Positions 57,126-64,000 of a stretch of DNA of 64,000 nt are shown one piece after another. The notes beneath the pieces are model-generated. The model did not search any database. It saw nothing but the letters and a program-made list of their open reading frames with translations, and was not told where the DNA came from. This stretch comes from a bacterium. GTDB lineage: Bacteria > Patescibacteriota > Patescibacteriia > UBA1558 > UBA10009. The DNA lies in the NCBI GenBank assembly GCA_018672055.1, contig JABHGM010000001.1, positions 136,884 to 200,883 of the forward strand, in the 5' to 3' direction. The position numbers and the translations under genes were made by a program. The stretch's first letter is position 1. Each line of letters begins with the position of its first letter.

Positions 57126-59045
57126 ATGATTAATTATATTAAAGAAAAACAAATTAAAATATTAATAATATCTATTATTACCTATATTACTATTTTTTCT
57201 TTAATTTGCTACTGGAAGTACCTTAATTTTGGCTATAATGGCTTAGATTTGACGATATTTAACCAAGTTTTCTTTAATTCGGTACATGGTGACTTTTTTA
57301 GGTTTACTATCCATCCTGGGCTATATTTAGGCGATCACTTTACGCCTATTATTCTATTACTTCTGCCATTATATTACTTTTTTCAAAGCCCAATTACTCT
57401 GCTTATTCTACAAACTATTATCCTAGCTTTATCTGCTTGGCCAATATATTTAATTGCTAAAAAATATTTACCTTCTGCCTGGCCACTTTTTATTTCCTTA
57501 GCCTGGCTTTTTAATCCATTCGTACAAAATGTAAATCTTTTTGAATTTCATTTACTTCCTTTTGCAATATTTTTAATATTCTGGACGTTTTATTTTTATT
57601 TAAAAAATAACTTTAACTTATTTCTTCTATTCTCTCTTCTGAGCATGTTGGTTAGAGAAGATGTGGCTTTAGTAATTATTATGATGGCTGTACTGGCTCT
57701 TTTTGAAAAAAGAAAATGGTTTTGGTTTATTATTCCAGGGGTAATAAGTATTATCTATTTCTTAACCTCTATGTCTATAATCGGACATTTTACTCCTGAC
57801 GGACAATACAAATTTCTTTACTACTACAATTTTTTAGGTAACAGCTTTAAAGAAATAATTATAACTGCTTTAACTAAACCTTGGCTTATTATTAAACAAA
57901 TTGCATCATGGCATAACTTATTTTTTACTCTAACGCTTTTTATGCCCTTTGCTTATCTATTAAGACTTAAATATTTGATACCAGCTTTTTTAATCTACCT
58001 CCAACTAATCATTGGGAGTGCTAATGACTCAGTTTTGGTCCTTAGTATGCACTATGTTTCTTTATTACTGCCCCCAATATTTATTGCTTTTATTATGTTT
58101 TTGAATAGATTCCTATTAACTGATAACTATTTAAAATTAAAAAGCCTTCTTCAATTAAATAATTCATTATTTATATTAATTCTTTCAACAATTGTATTGT
58201 ATAGTTCTTTAACTATGGGCCCTCTGCCCTCTGTTGCTAAAAATTTAATAAGCCCCGGTTGGTCAGAAGAAAAACTATTAATTAAAAAAGAATTAGTTAA
58301 AAATATTTCACCTAGTGATAATTTAGGAGCTACTTATGAATTTCTATCACCCATGTCGTCAAGGCATAATCTCTATTCAATGCATTATGCGTTCTTAGGT
58401 AAATTACAATTTTCTAATACAGATTATGAGCTACCATTAGACGTTGATACATTGCTTATTGATTTTAATGATTTTATATACTATGAACTACAATACCCTG
58501 ACGAGCCAACTTGGCAATCATATTATCAAAAAGGTGATGATAGTATAAGGAAGTTAATTGAAGAACGTAGTTTTGGGATAACTAAAATTAATGACTTATA
58601 TGTTTTAATGAAAAAAGATGTAAATAATAATATTAAGTTATATGAAATAGTTGACGATACTAAGTTTGATGAAGTGGATTATAAAAAAATAGGTGAAAAT
58701 ATTTCATTCCTGGGTTATGAAAATAATTTAGATCATATTTCACTATATTTTAAATCAAATTCTAAACTTAATGAAGACTATCAAATAAGATTAATTGGTA
58801 AAAATAATAATGAAGAAGTTTTTAATAGATATTTACCACTAGCCTACGGCTTATACCCCACCAGAGAGTGGGGAAAAGATGAAATTATTAAAATTAATTA
58901 TTATTTGAATTTAAAAGATGTATCTTCTTTAGAATTAAATTTAGTTAATCTTCAAGGCTACTACACTTTAAATAACCTAGGAACCATGATAAATAAAATA
59001 ACCCAAGAAAATACCCTGGGTTATGTTAAAATCGATTTAGATTAA
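57126..59045 (+). CDS. large polytopic membrane protein with a C-terminal extracytoplasmic domain; GT-C-fold glycosyltransferase-like (DUF2079-like) candidate
   Basis: About 11 TM helices in the first 360 aa. After TM1 comes a long first external loop with Asp/His residues (GYNGLDLTIFNQVFFNSVHGDFFRFTIHPGLYLGDHF) as in GT-C enzymes, then a ~280-aa soluble C-terminal domain. Confidence 0.3.
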   Translation: MINYIKEKQIKILIISIITYITIFSLICYWKYLNFGYNGLDLTIFNQVFFNSVHGDFFRFTIHPGLYLGDHFTPIILLLLPLYYFFQSPITLLILQTIILALSAWPIYLIAKKYLPSAWPLFISLAWLFNPFVQNVNLFEFHLLPFAIFLIFWTFYFYLKNNFNLFLLFSLLSMLVREDVALVIIMMAVLALFEKRKWFWFIIPGVISIIYFLTSMSIIGHFTPDGQYKFLYYYNFLGNSFKEIIITALTKPWLIIKQIASWHNLFFTLTLFMPFAYLLRLKYLIPAFLIYLQLIIGSANDSVLVLSMHYVSLLLPPIFIAFIMFLNRFLLTDNYLKLKSLLQLNNSLFILILSTIVLYSSLTMGPLPSVAKNLISPGWSEEKLLIKKELVKNISPSDNLGATYEFLSPMSSRHNLYSMHYAFLGKLQFSNTDYELPLDVDTLLIDFNDFIYYELQYPDEPTWQSYYQKGDDSIRKLIEERSFGITKINDLYVLMKKDVNNNIKLYEIVDDTKFDEVDYKKIGENISFLGYENNLDHISLYFKSNSKLNEDYQIRLIGKNNNEEVFNRYLPLAYGLYPTREWGKDEIIKINYYLNLKDVSSLELNLVNLQGYYTLNNLGTMINKITQENTLGYVKIDLD

Positions 59046-60022
59046 ATCTTATCCCTAAACTTCAACCACTTGCTCATAATCTTTGGTGCTAAATAGATAG
59101 CAATAAACGCTACTAATAATCCAGCTAGCAGATCTATTAAGTAATGCCATCTTAAATAAAGAGTAGAAAGCCAAACAGACGTTACTAATGGAATATGTAG
59201 ATAATATAAATACTTAAGGTATTTATTTTTTCTTAAATATTTCCAAGCAAAGTATAACCAAATAAAAGTTACTCCAAAGTGAAGACTTGGAAAACAATGC
59301 AAAGCCCTATTTTCAATCAAATATTCCATTACCATAGTATTGGGAGTATAGTATGGCTCGCCATTTAAAGTAATAAGTTCAGTTGTTAAAACCTCCTTTT
59401 GAGCTAGTAATGGACCATCACAAGGCACTAAAACATACCCTGCTAGTCCTAAAAAATTAGTTATTATGACAGTCAATAAAAGAGTTTCAAAAACTCTTTT
59501 ACTTTTAAAAATAGAATATATTATTGGGTTCACAAAATAAAACACAAAATATAAAGTGTAAGCAAAAGCAAACCAACTAGTTAGGCCTGGAGTAATTAAT
59601 TTTTCAAATAAAACTGCAATGTCGTTACCAAATAATAGTGCTCTATCAATGCTTATTAATACTTCATCATAATTATTTGAATTAAAAAATCTTGTTATAT
59701 CATGAATTGAATCGTATATGTATAAAAAAATAAAAAAAGGAATTATTTGAATAATAAAATCCTTAGTAGCAATTAAGGCCTCTTTAAATATTTCTAATAT
59801 CTTTATATCTTCTTTAAATCTAGTAAACAATATAAGAGTTAGTTTAATTAAAGAAAAGCCTAAAATTATATAAATAAATAAAATAATTCCACTAATCTCA
59901 TTAATCGAATTAATTGGCAAATTAAAAACTTTAAACGCTAAGAGAGTTAATGTTAAACAAATAAAACTAACCCAGAATACTGGGTTAAAAAAATTTAATA
60001 TAAACTGCTTGTATTTTTCCAT
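59042..60022 (-). CDS. PAP2-superfamily-like membrane phosphatase/phosphotransferase candidate
   Basis: Polytopic. CFPSLHFGVT resembles the PSGH motif, and LRWHYLIDLLAG resembles the SRxxxxxHxxxD motif. Confidence 0.35.
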   Translation of the reverse strand: MEKYKQFILNFFNPVFWVSFICLTLTLLAFKVFNLPINSINEISGIILFIYIILGFSLIKLTLILFTRFKEDIKILEIFKEALIATKDFIIQIIPFFIFLYIYDSIHDITRFFNSNNYDEVLISIDRALLFGNDIAVLFEKLITPGLTSWFAFAYTLYFVFYFVNPIIYSIFKSKRVFETLLLTVIITNFLGLAGYVLVPCDGPLLAQKEVLTTELITLNGEPYYTPNTMVMEYLIENRALHCFPSLHFGVTFIWLYFAWKYLRKNKYLKYLYYLHIPLVTSVWLSTLYLRWHYLIDLLAGLLVAFIAIYLAPKIMSKWLKFRDKI

Positions 60023-60029
60023 TCTTAAG

Positions 60030-61055
60030 CTACTTACTAGCCATCCTATGTTTAAAATAATCTACCCAAGGTATAAGAGTGGGGTCTTGTTTATTAAGCT
60101 TAGTTAATTTAAAAGATAATAAAGCACCAAAAGTAAGCATGCTAAATACTTGCTCTTCTTTTGTTCCATTCAACTTAATATCAGAATATTTTATCTTATA
60201 TTTATTCAATACTTCTTTCATTACTTTATATCTCTTTTGATTTCTAGGTAAATACATGTCTGAGTTTACTAAAACAAAGTGTAATAACTTAGTATTTGCT
60301 TTAGGGAAGGTTAAGCCTTCTAACAAATGATGGTTTAATTCTGGAATATGGTAATAATATGCTAACTGTTTTGAAGATTCGTTTGTTTGATTAGTTATAA
60401 TATGTCCATTACCCTCTAAAAATTCTGAGGTAACATATATTATTATTTTGTCTTTTAATTTCTTAGCTAAATTATCTACTTCTTTAGTTTTTGTATATTT
60501 TTTATAACTCTTAACTAAATATTTAGCTAAATTATCTACTTCACTATCTGTTATTTTTAAAGCTCCTGATTTTTTTAATATTTGTAAAACAGCTCCGGTG
60601 GTATAGCTAGTTCCCATCCTTGGTTGACCGCTAGGATTATCTATTGGATCAAATAAATATATTGGTAGCTTATATTTCTTAGCTAAGCTGGCTAACTTGC
60701 CTCCCGTACATATGGCTAGAGCTTTAAGTCCTCTCTTCTTTGCTTCGTGTGCTCCGCTTATTACCTCTTCTGTACTGCCCGAATAACTTGATAAAATAAC
60801 TAATGTTTTTTTATCAACATACTTTGGTAATTTATAACCTCTAATTTGTGTAATAGGATATTTTAATCTATCAAAAAATAAAGCATTTATTAAATCTACA
60901 CCTAATTGAGAACCACCCATTCCAACAACTAATACCTTATTTATATCACTAAAATTCTTAGGTAACTTTAATAATTTTGCCTCATTATAGCTTGCTAATA
61001 ATTGTTTACCGCTAAGCTCAATTGACTCTAAATATGTCTCATCTGCTTTATTCAT
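60030..61055 (-). CDS. SIS-domain bifunctional phosphoglucose/phosphomannose isomerase-like protein
   Basis: VLVVGMGGSQLGVDL matches the GMGGS motif of archaeal-type PGI/PMI, and the protein has two SIS-like halves. Confidence 0.55.
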   Translation of the reverse strand: MNKADETYLESIELSGKQLLASYNEAKLLKLPKNFSDINKVLVVGMGGSQLGVDLINALFFDRLKYPITQIRGYKLPKYVDKKTLVILSSYSGSTEEVISGAHEAKKRGLKALAICTGGKLASLAKKYKLPIYLFDPIDNPSGQPRMGTSYTTGAVLQILKKSGALKITDSEVDNLAKYLVKSYKKYTKTKEVDNLAKKLKDKIIIYVTSEFLEGNGHIITNQTNESSKQLAYYYHIPELNHHLLEGLTFPKANTKLLHFVLVNSDMYLPRNQKRYKVMKEVLNKYKIKYSDIKLNGTKEEQVFSMLTFGALLSFKLTKLNKQDPTLIPWVDYFKHRMASK

Positions 61056-61125
61056 AGTCTAAATTATATCATATTTTGACGAAATTACTAATTTAAGCTA
61101 AACTTTTAAAGTAAATAATATACAT

Positions 61126-61830
61126 ATGTCAGGACATTCTAAATGGTCAAAAATTAAAAGAAAAAAAGGCGTTAATGATGCTAGGCGTTCAGCTAACTTT
61201 ACCAAACTAGCTAATGCTATTTCTCTTGCTGCACGCGGAGGTAGCGATCCAGACACCAATTTTAAACTTAAAATGGCTATTGATAAGGCCAAGTCTAATT
61301 CTCTGCCAAAAGATAATATTGATAGAGCTATAAAGCGTGGTACTGGTGAAATAGAAGGTCAACAAATTGAAGAGCTAACTTATGAAGGTTATGGACCTGA
61401 AGGTGTAGCTATTATCGTAGAAATTGTTACTGATAATAAAAATAGATCCTCTCAAGAAGTAAAGCATATTCTTTCCAAATATGGTGGTAAGTTAGCAGGA
61501 CCAGGGAGTGTTATGTGGCAATTTGATTACAAAGGTGTGGTTACTCTTGAATTAGATAAATTAGATGATGATACTCAATTGCTTTTAATTGATGCCGGGG
61601 CTGAAGATATTAAAACAGATGGCGGCATTACTCTTATAACTCAAACTGATAATTTAAATATTTTAAAGAATAAAGTTGTTGAACTTAAGCTACCATTAAT
61701 TGATCATATTTTAGAGTACGTACCTAAAGAAACTGTTAAACCTACAAATGAAAATTCTCTTCTTAAATTATTTGATGAACTTGATGAATGTGACGATGTA
61801 AATAATTTCTTTTCTAACGCTGATTTATGA
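61126..61830 (+). CDS. yebC: YebC/PmpR-family DNA-binding transcriptional regulator
   Basis: MSGHSKWSKIKRKKGVNDARRSANFTKLANAISLAARGGSDPDTNFKL is the family hallmark N-terminus. Confidence 0.9.
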   Translation: MSGHSKWSKIKRKKGVNDARRSANFTKLANAISLAARGGSDPDTNFKLKMAIDKAKSNSLPKDNIDRAIKRGTGEIEGQQIEELTYEGYGPEGVAIIVEIVTDNKNRSSQEVKHILSKYGGKLAGPGSVMWQFDYKGVVTLELDKLDDDTQLLLIDAGAEDIKTDGGITLITQTDNLNILKNKVVELKLPLIDHILEYVPKETVKPTNENSLLKLFDELDECDDVNNFFSNADL

Positions 61831-62315
61831 CTTCTAAAAAACAAATTATTTTAGGTATTGATCCAGGTCTAGCTGATACTGGATTTGGTGTCATTTCTAA
61901 AGAAGGTCAAACTTTAACTATGCTCGATTGTGGTAGTATAAAAACAAAACCACAAACTGAGTTTATGGATAGGTTAAAAATTATAAATTTTGAACTTAAG
62001 AAAATTATTAAAAAGCATAAACCAGATATAGCTGCTGTTGAAGAGCTGTTTTTTTGTAAAAACGCTAAGACTGCTCTTTTGGTTGGCCAAGCTCGTGGTG
62101 TTTGCTTACTAACCATAGCTGAAGCTAAAATCGAATTTACTGAATTTACTCCACTTCAAATTAAACAAGCTATAACCGGGTATGGTAAAGCTGATAAAAA
62201 CCAAGTAGGACAAATGGTAAAGTTTTTTTTAAATTTAAAAGAAGTCCCTAAACCTGATGATGCAGCTGACGCTCTAGGCGCTGCCATAACTTGTGCTAAT
62301 ACTAAGAAATTTTAA
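61827..62315 (+). CDS. ruvC: crossover junction endodeoxyribonuclease RuvC
   Basis: ILGIDPGLADTGFGVI then EELFF and DAADALGAAI give the catalytic Asp/Glu/Asp/Asp set. Overlaps yebC by 4 nt. Confidence 0.85.
   Translation: MTSKKQIILGIDPGLADTGFGVISKEGQTLTMLDCGSIKTKPQTEFMDRLKIINFELKKIIKKHKPDIAAVEELFFCKNAKTALLVGQARGVCLLTIAEAKIEFTEFTPLQIKQAITGYGKADKNQVGQMVKFFLNLKEVPKPDDAADALGAAITCANTKKF
62298..62315 (+). repeat. 18-bp direct repeat, copy 1 (AATACTAAGAAATTTTAA)
   Basis: Identical to 63119-63136. Copy 1 supplies the last codons and the TAA stop of ruvC. Confidence 0.8.
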
Positions 62316-62329
62316 TATATTTAATAATA

Positions 62330-62358
62330 TTGACATATATTAGTATATATAATATACT
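62330..62358 (+). promoter_or_regulatory. sigma70-like promoter of the cassette gene
   Basis: TTGACA (62330-62335), a 17-nt spacer, TATACT (62353-62358). An alternative TATAAT lies at 62348-62353. Confidence 0.4.
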
Positions 62359-62402
62359 GCTATATTCAACTGAACATTTCACAAACAAATCAAGGAGAGA
62401 AA

Positions 62403-63059
62403 ATGAAGAATTTATTAATTCTTGCACTAACTGTATGGCCAGCCATGGCTCAAGCTTCTGAAGGAGTCAATCAATTTTGGTTCGGTATCATTTATATTGT
62501 AGGCGCTATACTCATAATCATTACCATATGCCTTGGTATAGCGTATAGATCAGTTAAAAAGGATCTCAAAGAAAAAAATGGACTCTACAATTACTTAAAA
62601 ACAAAAAACGAACGTTGCGATAGGCTGCTAGAAGGGCGCTTAGAGTTTGTTGAAAGACAAAGTTATGACGACTTATTTAGGGAACATCCTAATTTCTTAT
62701 TAACAGACTTGGCAGGAATTCTTTCTTGCGCAGACAGAGATATAGAAATAGTAGAACGTGGCTTACTTAAAATAATATTGTCTTCATTGGCTGAAAATAA
62801 AATAGTACGTCAAGGTGAACTAATATATACTGAAGCTGTGATCCAAATTGGGCGATGTGAAGGTATAGTTTTTCTACTTAAACATGATGAGGGTGTGGTA
62901 CGAATTAAAACTAATAAACGCGTCTACTATCTTTTGCCAAGACTGGGCTTCATTATTGAAGAAGAAGTTGCTTCATATACTAAATTTAATAATTTAAAAA
63001 ATATCTATCCTTTTTCTGGGGAAAAAGGCAAGCCTGCAAGAATAGATTTAAAAAAATAA
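62403..63059 (+). CDS. hypothetical exported/membrane-anchored protein (cassette gene)
   Basis: Classical signal peptide MKNLLILALTVWPAMAQA, then TM FWFGIIYIVGAILIIITICLGIAY, then a ~150-aa soluble domain with no recognisable motifs. It has its own promoter and terminator. Confidence 0.4.
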   Translation: MKNLLILALTVWPAMAQASEGVNQFWFGIIYIVGAILIIITICLGIAYRSVKKDLKEKNGLYNYLKTKNERCDRLLEGRLEFVERQSYDDLFREHPNFLLTDLAGILSCADRDIEIVERGLLKIILSSLAENKIVRQGELIYTEAVIQIGRCEGIVFLLKHDEGVVRIKTNKRVYYLLPRLGFIIEEEVASYTKFNNLKNIYPFSGEKGKPARIDLKK

Positions 63060-63093
63060 AAATCTCAATAAAACTTGAGAAATTATATTTAAG

Positions 63094-63118
63094 GGCAGAT
63101 TTTATATCTGCCTTTTTT
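63094..63118 (+). terminator. rho-independent terminator
   Basis: GGCAGAT-tttat-ATCTGCC followed by TTTTTT. Confidence 0.5.
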
Positions 63119-63136
63119 AATACTAAGAAATTTTAA
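63119..63136 (+). repeat. 18-bp direct repeat, copy 2 (AATACTAAGAAATTTTAA)
   Basis: Perfect copy of 62298-62315. It contains the TAG stop codon (minus strand) of tyrS. Confidence 0.8.
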
Positions 63137-64000
63137 CAAATTTTCTCTTACCAACTTGTATAATCATGCCTGATTTTACTTCTATCTCTGATATAGAAAT
63201 TATTTTTTTATCATCTATCTTTACTGCTCCTTGTTTTACCATTCTCTTTGCATCTGATTTTGAAGACACAAGCTTTGTTTCAAATAATAATTCAATAATA
63301 TCCCATTTCTTATTTTCAATTTTAACTTCTTTAATATCATCTGGTATTTCATTATCCTTAAACTGTTTATCAAAATTATCTGAAGCAGTTTTTGCTTTTT
63401 TTTCACCATAAAACATCTTGACTATTTCATTAGCTAATTTAGCCTTAATATCTCTTGGGTTTGCACCAGATTTTATTTGTGATTCAATGCCTATTATATC
63501 ATCCATAGGTACACGAGTTACTAAAGTAAAATATTTAACAATCAAGTCATCTGAAATTGACATCACTTTACCAAACATATTATTTGGTTCTAAGGTTAAA
63601 TCAATTGTATTACCCCATGAAGAACTCATTTTTCTTGAATCAGTGCCTGCCATAAGTTCCGTCATTAATATATTTTGTGGTTCTTGTTTAAAATGCTCTT
63701 GCATCTTTCTGCCAGCTAAAAGATTAAATCTTTGATCAGTTCCGCCAAGCTCAACATCTGCTTTTATAGCTACGCTATCGTAGCCCTGCATTAAAGGATA
63801 AAGCATTTCTCTGAGTGATACTCTTGAGCCTTTATCTAATCTTTTTTTAATATTTTCACGAGCAATAAACTCAGCGACTGAAAATAGATTAGCTTGTTCC
63901 CCTATTTCATTATATTTTAATTTCTTTAGCCACTTACTATTATATTTAACTTCGCATTTTCTTAAATTAATAATCTTACCTGCTTGGGCAGCATACTCTG
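63123..64000 (-). CDS. tyrS: tyrosine--tRNA ligase (C-terminal ~290 aa; the 5' part runs off the window)
   Basis: LYPLMQGYD...ELGGTDQRFN, KMSSSWGN (KMSKS motif) and the C-terminal S4 domain KSDAKRMVKQGAVKIDDKKI. The same frame stays open upstream of the listed Met out to the window edge. Confidence 0.75.
   Translation of the reverse strand, partial: EYAAQAGKIINLRKCEVKYNSKWLKKLKYNEIGEQANLFSVAEFIARENIKKRLDKGSRVSLREMLYPLMQGYDSVAIKADVELGGTDQRFNLLAGRKMQEHFKQEPQNILMTELMAGTDSRKMSSSWGNTIDLTLEPNNMFGKVMSISDDLIVKYFTLVTRVPMDDIIGIESQIKSGANPRDIKAKLANEIVKMFYGEKKAKTASDNFDKQFKDNEIPDDIKEVKIENKKWDIIELLFETKLVSSKSDAKRMVKQGAVKIDDKKIISISEIEVKSGMIIQVGKRKFVKIS

Noticed and set aside
63166-63735. Plus-strand ORFs 63166-63411 and 63418-63735
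   Set aside because: They are antisense to the clearly recognisable tyrS coding sequence (KMSKS-like and S4 motifs on the minus strand).

Overview
AT-rich window of roughly 30% GC that looks like chromosome from a small-genome bacterium, possibly CPR/Patescibacteria-like. That lineage guess rests only on AT-richness and gene density, an rRNA operon with no linked 23S, weak Shine-Dalgarno sites, the ribosomal and repair gene set, and the pilin family identified here; it is an inference, not a result. The standard genetic code appears to apply: TGA, TAA and TAG all end long ORFs directly ahead of terminator hairpins. Housekeeping genes recognised from the translations: SMC, rpsP, a KH protein, trmD, a full-length 16S rRNA, five tRNAs and tRNA-Ser, a Ca/Na antiporter, polA, tag, holA, rpsT, uvrB, ruvA, rpoB, rpoC, ftsK, recA, galU, yebC, ruvC and partial tyrS. 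Accessory content: a degenerate IS200/IS605-like element after recA; a higher-GC secreted protein combining dockerin repeats with a T9SS-type C-terminal sorting domain; a Wzx/Wzy polysaccharide locus; an ECF sigma and putative anti-sigma pair; and an 803-bp single-gene cassette bounded by perfect 18-bp direct repeats between ruvC and tyrS. The most striking feature is an apparent operon at about 48.4-60 kb: promoter, galU, an orphan ABC-type solute-binding lipoprotein, then eleven tandem paralogous small secreted proteins (50662-57051). Each of these has a Sec signal peptide, a hypervariable segment, and a conserved two-helix core around a G-F-x-W-(M/L)-T-A-x-G-N-E-E-K loop that resembles VirB2/TrbC-type (T4SS) pilins. 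Five carry cysteine-rich C-terminal modules of different lengths. A GT-C-like polytopic membrane protein and a PAP2-like protein follow the array. This looks like a diversified surface-filament or adhesin locus. All family assignments were made by eye and need HMM or structure confirmation.
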